In this document: positions 48,249-54,969 of the stretch, piece after piece
How positions within the stretch are numbered: the first letter of the stretch is position 1
Layout: each line of letters begins with the position of its first letter
From: an uncultured Intrasporangiaceae bacterium
GTDB lineage: Bacteria > Actinomycetota > Actinomycetes > Actinomycetales > Dermatophilaceae
DNA: 54,969 nt
NCBI GenBank assembly: GCA_964566985.1
Contig: CAZMLG010000001.1
Coordinates: forward strand, 1 to 54,969
Direction of reading: 5' to 3'
The notes under the pieces: model-generated
The model's database searches: none
The model's input: the letters and a program-made list of their open reading frames with translations, nothing else
What the model was told of the DNA's origin: nothing
Translations under genes and position numbers: made by a program

Positions 48249-48454
48249 CCGGTCGCGGACACCTGGGCGGGCACCACACGCCGTCCGGCGAGCCCCGAGA
48301 CCCACCCGCACAGCCTGCGCACAGCAACCGCCCGGAAATGTCAGCCAACTCACAGCGTCACGACGCAACCTTTCCGGTGCGTCACTCGTCCTACATGGTG
48401 TAGGACGTCCGGGCGAGACGACCGATGAGGCCGACGATCGTGGTCGGGGTCACC

Positions 48455-48481
48455 GGAACATTCGACTCGCTTCGAGCGTTG
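48455..48481 (+). promoter_or_regulatory. SigH/SigR-type ECF promoter upstream of rbpA
   Basis: GGAAC-N17-CGTTG; rbpA is an established SigR target in Streptomyces. Confidence 0.72.
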
Positions 48482-48542
48482 CAGCATGTAGATCGCCACG
48501 GCACAACGAAGGTCAGCCGTGGCCGGCGAATGGGGTGAACCG

Positions 48543-48902
48543 ATGGCAGAGCGTTCGTTGCGAGGCACCAACCTTGGCACGCTGTCGCTGGAGACCGAGG
48601 AAGGCATCGTCTTCAGTGAGCGGCAGATCGTGCGCTACCAGTGCCCGAAGGGGCACATCAGCGAGTTGCCGTTCTCGGTGGAGGCGGACATTCCCTCGCT
48701 GTGGGAGTGCCGCTGCGGCGCCGAGGCACAGTTGATCGACGGTCCGGAGCCGGAGCGCAAGCCGGTGAAGCCGCAGCGCACCCACTGGGACATGCTGCTG
48801 GAGCGCCGCTCCATCCCCGAGCTGGAGGAGCTGCTCGAGGAGCGTCTGACCCTGCTGCGTCAATCGCGCGGTGAGAAGCCGCGCCGCAAGCGCAGCGCCT
48901 GA
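48543..48902 (+). CDS. rbpA: RNA polymerase-binding protein RbpA
   Basis: MAERSLRG, CPKGH...WECRCG and RTHWDMLLERRSIPELEELLEERL motifs; synteny with fxsA/ppm1/lnt. Confidence 0.95.
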   Translation: MAERSLRGTNLGTLSLETEEGIVFSERQIVRYQCPKGHISELPFSVEADIPSLWECRCGAEAQLIDGPEPERKPVKPQRTHWDMLLERRSIPELEELLEERLTLLRQSRGEKPRRKRSA

Positions 48903-48914
48903 CCACTTCCCGCA

Positions 48915-48954
48915 AGGAGCACCCGACCGCAGTCGCCGGCGGCCGGGTGCTCCT
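48915..48954. terminator. Hairpin between convergent rbpA and fxsA
   Basis: 11-bp stem AGGAGCACCCG/CGGGTGCTCCT. Confidence 0.65.
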
Positions 48955-49005
48955 CATCTGTGCCCGCGCGGCGGAGCGGAGCGCATACTCGGCGGGGCGG
49001 GGTGA

Positions 49006-49542
49006 CTACTCGGGGTCGTCGTCATCGACGATCTCGCCCTCCACGATCTCGTCGGTGGCCCCGCTGCCGCCTCCATGACGGCCGCCCGGTGTCCCGCCCG
49101 CGTCGCCGGCACGCCAGGTCTGCGGCTCGCCGACGACCTTCACCCACGCGCGGCGCGCCACGACGAACGCCAAGATCTTGCGACCGAGGCCGCGGGTGAG
49201 CGGCAGCACCAGCAGCAGCCCCAGCACGCCGGTGACGAACCCCGGCACGAGCATCAGCGCTCCCCCGCACGCCAACAAGGCGGTATCGGCGATCTCGTCG
49301 GCCGGCATCCGGCCGCTGCGCAGTGCCGCCTGCAGCGCGGACCACGACGCGGCCCACTGACGGCGCACCAGCGCGGCGCCCAGCACACTGACGGCGATCA
49401 GCGCGAGCAGTGCCCACCAGACGCCGATCGCCCGCGCGACCAGCACGAAGACGACGATCTCGACCAGCGGGACGAGCAGCAGGCCCGCGAGCGCCAGGCG
49501 CACCTTCAGCGGCCGCCCGGCGCGCGGCACCGGGGCGCTCAT
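49006..49542 (-). CDS. fxsA: FxsA family membrane protein
   Basis: PLVEI, GGALMLVPGFVT..G and LP.TR motifs; acidic tail. Confidence 0.88.
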   Translation of the reverse strand: MSAPVPRAGRPLKVRLALAGLLLVPLVEIVVFVLVARAIGVWWALLALIAVSVLGAALVRRQWAASWSALQAALRSGRMPADEIADTALLACGGALMLVPGFVTGVLGLLLVLPLTRGLGRKILAFVVARRAWVKVVGEPQTWRAGDAGGTPGGRHGGGSGATDEIVEGEIVDDDDPE

Positions 49543-50312
49543 CGTCGGATCCTCTCGCCGAGCGAGCGCACCTGACCGCCGCGATGTTGCACACCCCACC
49601 AGGAGATCTTGCGCAGCGACTCCACCATGATGTCCCGGCTCATCTTCGAGGCGCCGACCTCGCGTTCGACGAAGGTGATCGGCACCTCGACGATGCGAAG
49701 GCCCGCCCGGATGGTCCGCCAGGTGAGGTCGACCTGGAAGCAATAGCCCTGCGATGCGACGGTATCGAGCCCGACCGTGCGCAGGGTCGAGGCCCGATAG
49801 ACGCGATAACCCGCCGTCGCGTCGTGCACCGGTATCCCCAACAGGGCACGGGTGTAGGCGTTGGCGCCGCGGCTGAGCGCTTCCCGGTGCCGCGGCCAGT
49901 TCACGACCGACCCACCCGGAATCCAGCGGGATCCGATGACCAGATCTGCCTGCTGTGCGGCATCCAGCATGGCCGGCAGGGTCTCCGGGGGGTGCGATCC
50001 ATCGGCGTCGATCTCCACCAGTGCGTCGTACCCGTGCTCGAGTCCCCAGGCGAAACCTGCCAGATAGGCCCTGCCGAGGCCCTCCTTGCCCTCACGATGC
50101 ATGACGCGCACGTGGGCGTCCCCGGCGGCCAGTTCGTCGGCGACCCGCCCCGTACCGTCCGGTGAGTTGTCGTCCAGGATCATCAGGTCGGCATCCGGCA
50201 CAGCGGTCCGGAGGCGTTGCACGATGCAGGGCAGATTGTCCCGCTCGTTGTAGGTGGGCACGAGCACCAGAACCTGGTCCAACGCTCCCCGCGCGGTGTC
50301 AGACGACTTCAT
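49539..50312 (-). CDS. ppm1: Polyprenol monophosphomannose synthase (GT2)
   Basis: PTYNE, DDNSPDGTG, GLGRAY, DADGSH and F.ERE.G.SKM motifs. Confidence 0.92.
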   Translation of the reverse strand: MKSSDTARGALDQVLVLVPTYNERDNLPCIVQRLRTAVPDADLMILDDNSPDGTGRVADELAAGDAHVRVMHREGKEGLGRAYLAGFAWGLEHGYDALVEIDADGSHPPETLPAMLDAAQQADLVIGSRWIPGGSVVNWPRHREALSRGANAYTRALLGIPVHDATAGYRVYRASTLRTVGLDTVASQGYCFQVDLTWRTIRAGLRIVEVPITFVEREVGASKMSRDIMVESLRKISWWGVQHRGGQVRSLGERIRR

Positions 50313-51897
50313 GGGTCTCCCTCACCCGATGGGTCCGGCGACGGCGGCGGACGCCCAGCACTCCCCCACCGGCCAGGAGCAACAGGGCCAACGCAGCGAC
50401 GACACCGGCGATCTCCGGGGCCTCCCCCAGGCGGTCCGCGACCGTCATCGAAGACCGCACCGGCAGCGCCCCGGACAAGACCTTGGCCGTGAACAGCTGC
50501 GACCTGTCATGCACCGTACCGTCCGGAGTGATCAGCCCGCTGACCCCCACGGTCGAGACGTGCACGACCGAGCGCCCCGTCTCGATGGCACGGATGCGGG
50601 AGATGGCCAGCTGCTGCACCGACTCGTCGGTGTATCCGAAGGTCGCATTGTTGGTCTGCACGATCAGCATCTGCGCGCCGTCGCCGACCGCCGCCTGGAT
50701 CAACCCGTCGTAGGCGACCTCGAAACAGATCACCGGGCCCACCTTCACGTCACCGAGCTTCGCGGTCGGGATGGTGAACAGGCCGGTGCGGTCGCCCTTG
50801 ACGAAGTCCTTCCGCACCAGGTCGACCTTCTTGCTGAAGAATCGGAAGAACGAGCGGTACGGGATGTATTCGGCGAACGGCACCGGGTGTTGCTTCACGT
50901 AGCGATCGACGATGCCCTTGCCCGGTTCGTAGAGCAAGGAGGTGTTCGACACGTCCGGGGACGGCTGATCGAGGACGGCTCCGACGATGAGCGGGCTGTC
51001 GATCCGCTGCACCGCCCGCACGATCTCGGTCGCGGCATCCGCGTTGCGCGTCGGGTCGATGTCCGACGAGTTCTCCGGCCAGACCACCAGATCCGGCTGT
51101 GGGATCTTTCCCGCGCGCACCATACGGGCCGCCTTGGCCGTCTCGTGCACGTGATCGTCCAGCACGGCGCGCCGCTGTGCGTTGAAATCCAGGCCCGAGG
51201 TGGGCACGTTGCCCTGGATCCCGACCACGTCCATCGTCGGCCCGCCGGACGGGGTCGGGACCAGACCGGACACCGCCACGGCAGCGACCGCCGCGAGCGC
51301 CGGGGTGATCCGCCACGCCATCCGCGAAGGGATACCGCGGCGCAACCGGTCCACGCACACCGCGAGCGTCCCGCCGAGCAGCGCGACCACGAACGACAAT
51401 CCGACGGCGCCGCCGATCGATGCGAGGTGCGACAGGGGCGAGCCGGCCTGCGACCACGCCAGTCGCAGCCAGGGGAACCCCCCGAAGGGCACGTGCCCGC
51501 GTGCGGCCTCCTGCAGCACCCACATCAGGGCGATGGCCATCGGGCGGATGTGCGGACCGTCCGCCGGTGACATCCAGTGCGGCAGTCGCTCGATGCGACG
51601 CGCCGACTGCAGGAAGCTGCACCCCATACCCATGAACGCCAGGTAGAGCGATTCGGTGACCGACAGCGCGATCCAGGGCATCGACCCGACATAGATCCCG
51701 GTCCACTTCAATGCGGGAAGGAAGAACGCGAGCCCGGACAGCAGCCCGAGCAGGAACCCGGTGCGTGCCCGGGTGCCACACGTGGCCAGCGCGAGCAGCC
51801 CGACCCCGACGATCGCCAGGGGCCAGATGTCGATCCCCGGGAACGACAACCACAAGCACAATCCGGAGGCCACGGACAGGGCAAGGCGGGCGATCAC
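50299..51897 (-). CDS. lnt: Apolipoprotein N-acyltransferase
   Basis: GGFPW, QGN, WPE, KQHPVPFAEY, ICFE, TNNA and RAIE motifs; TAGGCT-N6-GTG leaderless start. Confidence 0.95.
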   Translation of the reverse strand: MIARLALSVASGLCLWLSFPGIDIWPLAIVGVGLLALATCGTRARTGFLLGLLSGLAFFLPALKWTGIYVGSMPWIALSVTESLYLAFMGMGCSFLQSARRIERLPHWMSPADGPHIRPMAIALMWVLQEAARGHVPFGGFPWLRLAWSQAGSPLSHLASIGGAVGLSFVVALLGGTLAVCVDRLRRGIPSRMAWRITPALAAVAAVAVSGLVPTPSGGPTMDVVGIQGNVPTSGLDFNAQRRAVLDDHVHETAKAARMVRAGKIPQPDLVVWPENSSDIDPTRNADAATEIVRAVQRIDSPLIVGAVLDQPSPDVSNTSLLYEPGKGIVDRYVKQHPVPFAEYIPYRSFFRFFSKKVDLVRKDFVKGDRTGLFTIPTAKLGDVKVGPVICFEVAYDGLIQAAVGDGAQMLIVQTNNATFGYTDESVQQLAISRIRAIETGRSVVHVSTVGVSGLITPDGTVHDRSQLFTAKVLSGALPVRSSMTVADRLGEAPEIAGVVAALALLLLAGGGVLGVRRRRRTHRVRETHEVV

Positions 51898-51914
51898 GCC
51901 CCCAGCCTATGGGA

Positions 51915-52083
51915 CCGGCCTGCAGGGGCGGGTGCCTGTGGGCCATGCCGCGGTCCTCGCGCGGCAGAGACACAGATGGGCCCCGCTCGTCGTTGGGGCC
52001 AGGCAGAGCCGTGCGCTGCCAGTTTTCTACTAAACGAGCGGGCCCATCCGTCGCCTCGATGTCGATGCGATGCATCCGACATC
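51915..52083 (-). ncRNA. Putative stand-alone structured ncRNA (unnamed) upstream of lnt
   Basis: Has its own TTGACA-N16-TATCTT promoter; hairpin 52058-52083; 15-bp stem 51975-52048 enclosing a 13x11-nt bubble and an inner GGCAG/CTGCC hairpin; hairpin 51946-51966; no credible ORF; 3' end estimated. Confidence 0.55.
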
Positions 52084-52088
52084 AGACG

Positions 52089-52116
52089 AAGATACCCAGC
52101 AGGGAGAATCTGTCAA
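52089..52116 (-). promoter_or_regulatory. Near-consensus sigma-A promoter
   Basis: -35 TTGACA (52116-52111), 16-nt spacer, -10 TATCTT (52094-52089). Confidence 0.65.
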
Positions 52117-52123
52117 CCGGGCT

Positions 52124-52157
52124 CTGACCTGCAGCGATTCGCATCCGTGCAGGTCAG
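52124..52157. terminator. Inverted repeat downstream of lrp (terminator or protein-binding site)
   Basis: CTGACCTGCA-N14-TGCAGGTCAG, perfect 10-bp arms. Confidence 0.5.
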
Positions 52158-52238
52158 CGGCGGTGTCGTCCGGCCCGACGAATTCTGCGTGGGATGCGCC
52201 TCCCCGGCGTGTCGCCCGGGACACGCCGATGCGTGGGG

Positions 52239-52712
52239 TCAGTCCCCTGGTGTCGCGGCGCTTGCGTCGCTCACGGCGAGCGGGGAGCGATCCTCCCACG
52301 GCGTGCTGAGAACGACGGTGGTCCGCGTGGTCACGTTGGCTGCCGAGCGGATCTGGGCGAGCAGTTCCTCCAGGTCGTACGGGCTGGGCACGCGTGCCTT
52401 CAGCACATAGCTCTCGTCGCCGGCGACGGAGAAGCACGAGTCGATCGCGGTGATGTGCCGCAGCCGGTCCGGGGTGTCGTCGGGTGCCGCGGGATCCACG
52501 GGCACCACCGAGATCAGTGCCGTCAAGGGGACGCCGGCCGCGTCGTGGTCGAGCACCGCGCGATACCCGGTGATGATGCCGCGCTCCTCGAGCCGACGGA
52601 CCCGCTGGTGCACGGCGGACGTCGAGAGCCCGATCGCACGGCCGAGGTCGGTGAAGCTGAGCCGCCCGTCGCGGCTGAGCAATTGGACGATCTGCCTGTC
52701 GAGTGCCTCCAC
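52239..52712 (-). CDS. Lrp/AsnC family regulator
   Basis: LDRQI..L..DGR.SF..LG..IGLS.SAV..RVRRLE..GII HTH; SVAGDESY. Confidence 0.92.
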   Translation of the reverse strand: MEALDRQIVQLLSRDGRLSFTDLGRAIGLSTSAVHQRVRRLEERGIITGYRAVLDHDAAGVPLTALISVVPVDPAAPDDTPDRLRHITAIDSCFSVAGDESYVLKARVPSPYDLEELLAQIRSAANVTTRTTVVLSTPWEDRSPLAVSDASAATPGD

Positions 52713-52753
52713 ATCGGCACCCTATTGCACGTGCCTGACCTACACTCCCCGTT

Positions 52754-53701
52754 ATGCCCGGTGATCCCGCCACGTTGATGTTGCTCGACTCCGCGAGCCT
52801 GTATTTTCGCGCGTTCTACGGAGTGCCCGATCGCCGCGCCGATCCGGCCGATCCGCCCACCAACGCGCTGCGCGGATTCCTGGACATGATCGCCACCCTC
52901 GTGACCGAGCATCGGCCGACCGATGTGGTCGCGTGTTGGGACGACGACTGGCGTCCCGCCTTCCGGGTCGAGGCCATCCCCTCCTACAAGGCCCATCGAC
53001 TCGTCGACGGGACCGATCGCCAGGAGGACTCCCCCGACCTGCTCGCCGCGCAGGTGCCCCACATCATCGCCGCGCTGGAGGCCATCGGGATCGCCCGGCT
53101 CGGGATCGCCGAGTGCGAGGCGGACGACGTCATCGGCACCCTGGCCACGGCCTACCGGGGGCGGTGCCCGATCGACGTCGTCACCGGCGACCGAGACCTG
53201 TTCCAGCTCGTCGACGACGAGGACAGCGTGCGCGTGCTCTACACCGCCAAGGGAGGGGTGCGACGACCTGACGTGGTCGACGAGGCGTTCCTCCGGTCGA
53301 GATACGGCATCCCGTCCGGTCGGGCGTATGCCGACATGGCCGTGCTGCGCGGAGACACCAGCGACGGGTTGCCCGGCGTGCCGGGCATCGGTGAGAAGAC
53401 CGCGGCGGCGCTGATCACCGAATACGGGAGCCTGGCCGCGCTGCGCCGCGCCGTGGACGACGGCGACCCGCGGATCAAGGGCGCCAAACGCACCCGGCTG
53501 GAGACGGCCGGCGCCTACCTGGATGTGGCTCCCCGCGTGGTCGACGTGCGCACGGATGCGCCCGTGCCAGGAGGGTTCCGGACCGCTCTGCCGACCGCTG
53601 TGGCCGACCCTGACGCTCTCGCCCGGCTGGCCGACGACCTGCCGATCGCCTCGCCGCTCGGCCGGCTGCTGGGGGCTCTGGGGATCGCCTCGCCGTCCTG
53701 A
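52754..53701 (+). CDS. Stand-alone 5'-3' exonuclease/flap endonuclease (PolA N-terminal-like)
   Basis: LDSASLYFRAFY, YKAHR, EADDVIGT, TGDRD and GDTSDGLPGVPGIGEKTA motifs. Confidence 0.92.
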   Translation: MPGDPATLMLLDSASLYFRAFYGVPDRRADPADPPTNALRGFLDMIATLVTEHRPTDVVACWDDDWRPAFRVEAIPSYKAHRLVDGTDRQEDSPDLLAAQVPHIIAALEAIGIARLGIAECEADDVIGTLATAYRGRCPIDVVTGDRDLFQLVDDEDSVRVLYTAKGGVRRPDVVDEAFLRSRYGIPSGRAYADMAVLRGDTSDGLPGVPGIGEKTAAALITEYGSLAALRRAVDDGDPRIKGAKRTRLETAGAYLDVAPRVVDVRTDAPVPGGFRTALPTAVADPDALARLADDLPIASPLGRLLGALGIASPS

Positions 53702-53710
53702 GACGGCGCG

Positions 53711-54271
53711 TCAGACACCGGGCCGCGGCTCACCCGGCCCGCGCGGCGGCTCACCCGGTGGGAAGGTGCCGTCGTCGTCGGCGGTGTCGTCGTGGGCGAA
53801 CAGCAACTCGTTGAGCCGCACCTGCACGCTCTCCACCCGCGGGACATCGTCGAGCACGAGTCCGGACTGCTCCGAGGCGTCGGCCACGATCAACGTGCCG
53901 CAGCCGAGCATCCGGTCCGAAAGGCCCTTTTCGTAGCGCACATCGTTGATGCGGTAGAGCGGGATGTCCCGGCCGGCCTTCGTGACGATGCCGTGCCGCG
54001 TGATCAGCCGGCGGTTGGTGATCACGTAGAGGGTCGTGCGCCACCGCAGGATCGGGACGGCCACCCACACGATCACGACGATCGCGGCGATCACCCAGAT
54101 GGCGATGAAGACCCACTGCTTGGTGGACTCGGGCAACAGCACCGAGATGATCACCGCCACGGCGATCGTCGCGACGAGCACGAGCACGGGCAGGAAGATG
54201 CGCTTGACATGGGTGTGCAACTGGAGCTCGATGTGCTCCCCCGCCGCCAGGTGCTTCGCTGAGAACGCCAT
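53711..54271 (-). CDS. Bacterial PH-domain (bPH_2) membrane protein
   Basis: Two TM helices followed by W..T.Y.ITNRRLI.R.G...DIPL.RI.DV...DRMLGCGTL. Confidence 0.82.
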   Translation of the reverse strand: MAFSAKHLAAGEHIELQLHTHVKRIFLPVLVLVATIAVAVIISVLLPESTKQWVFIAIWVIAAIVVIVWVAVPILRWRTTLYVITNRRLITRHGIVTKAGRDIPLYRINDVRYEKGLSDRMLGCGTLIVADASEQSGLVLDDVPRVESVQVRLNELLFAHDDTADDDGTFPPGEPPRGPGEPRPGV

Positions 54272-54408
54272 GCGGCCATCCTGCCACGGGGCATGCGCGG
54301 ATCCGGGCGCGACAGGCTCGCCGGATTGCCGCGAGCGGGGCCACTTCCGTGCCCCGTGCGCACCGGACGACGTACGCCCCGAGGGATCTCCCCTCCTGAT
54401 CAGTCCTA

Positions 54409-54580
54409 CCGGCCGGTCGAGTAGGCGGAGCGCTCAGCCGCGCCCCTGCCCGGATGGTCGAGTAGGCGGAGCGCTCAGCCGCGCCCCTGCCCGGCCGGTC
54501 GAGTAGGCCGAGCGCCCAGCCGCGCCCCTGCCCGGATGGTCGAGTAGGCCGAGCGCCCAGCGCGAGGCCGTATCGAGGCC
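54409..54580 (+). repeat. 41-bp tandem array of GTAG-type REP-like units ending in one complete palindromic copy
   Basis: GGTCGAGTAGG occurs at 54415, 54456, 54497 and 54538; the last copy closes as ...GGCCGTATCGAGGCC. Confidence 0.88.
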
Positions 54581-54872
54581 CGGCGAGCAGACGCGGCCGA
54601 GCCGGAAAGTACTCGACCCGACCGACGAGCCGGAACGTGCCGGAGGAGGCGTATGGGAGGGGCGGGGGGCATGCGGAGGGAGCGTGGACGGGCCTGGCGG
54701 GAGCGCCTCGGTCCTGTCCCGTCGGCCCGCGACCTACGTGACCACCGTGGACCGAGGCGCGGATGGTTGCGACCGCAGCGTGTCCCCCGCCCCGACCTGG
54801 TGACCACGCGGGCGACCTTTCACGCATGCACGGCGTCGCGAACAGTGCCACGAAAACACGGCCGGCCGGGTC

Positions 54873-54969
54873 GGTTTCGATACGTCCTCGACTGCGTCAG
54901 CGGACTACTCAACCCGCCGGGTGGTCGCCTGGGGCCGGCGGCACTCGACCCGCCGGGTGGTCGCCTGGG
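54873..54969 (-). repeat. Inverted complete copy of the same REP-like family plus a 36-bp tandem repeat running off the window end
   Basis: The minus strand reads GGTTGAGTAG...CGTATCGAAACC (54873-54914); ACTC(A/G)ACCCGCCGGGTGGTCGCCTGGG occurs at 54907 and 54943. Confidence 0.78.

Noticed and set aside
45647-48403. 918-aa Arg/Pro-rich ORF
   Set aside because: Alternative-frame shadow over two MFS genes, with a composition typical of spurious high-GC ORFs
48423-48447. Hammerhead-like CGATGAG plus stem upstream of rbpA
   Set aside because: The core should be CUGANGA with a downstream GAAA; both are missing
54409-54580. CRISPR array interpretation of the 41-bp repeats
   Set aside because: Contiguous tandem units without spacers; they match a REP-like palindrome instead
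1-54969. KOPS-like GGGNAGGG polarity switch at dif
   Set aside because: Only a few copies were noticed by eye, one in the opposing orientation, and several belong to one repeat; a computed genome-wide count is needed

Overview
This is a high-GC (roughly 70% by eye) actinobacterial chromosome segment. The gene content suggests Micrococcales, which is an inference. The window straddles the replication terminus: a canonical 28-bp actinobacterial dif site lies at 27415-27442. The left part holds the gcvP 3' end, alaA, glutaminase-STAS, sbcCD, a glutamate-cysteine ligase, several housekeeping enzymes, terD, an Rpf-LysM gene and a ROK/ABC/GH20 amino-sugar cluster. The centre (about 23-38 kb, around dif) is a plastic zone with GNATs, an MFS transporter, an AraC-VOC-UvrA2 module, a pentapeptide-DinB gene and several decayed genes. 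The right part holds a dehydratase/RidA pair, mgtC, a Ser/Thr kinase, an M20 peptidase, MFS transporters and the conserved rbpA-fxsA-ppm1-lnt-lrp-5'3' exonuclease block. The most notable non-coding signals are: (i) an apparently stand-alone ~170-nt structured RNA with its own strong sigma-A promoter upstream of lnt, near rbpA; (ii) a 63-bp palindromic tandem array and a 9-bp inverted repeat right beside dif; (iii) two exact PafBC (RecA-NDp) promoters; (iv) a perfect CRP/GlxR box and a multi-hairpin leader before rpf; (v) a SigH/SigR promoter before rbpA; (vi) several unrelated REP-like palindrome families. I saw no CRISPR array, tRNA, rRNA or intact transposase/integrase. All protein calls are by motif recognition, and no database search was run.
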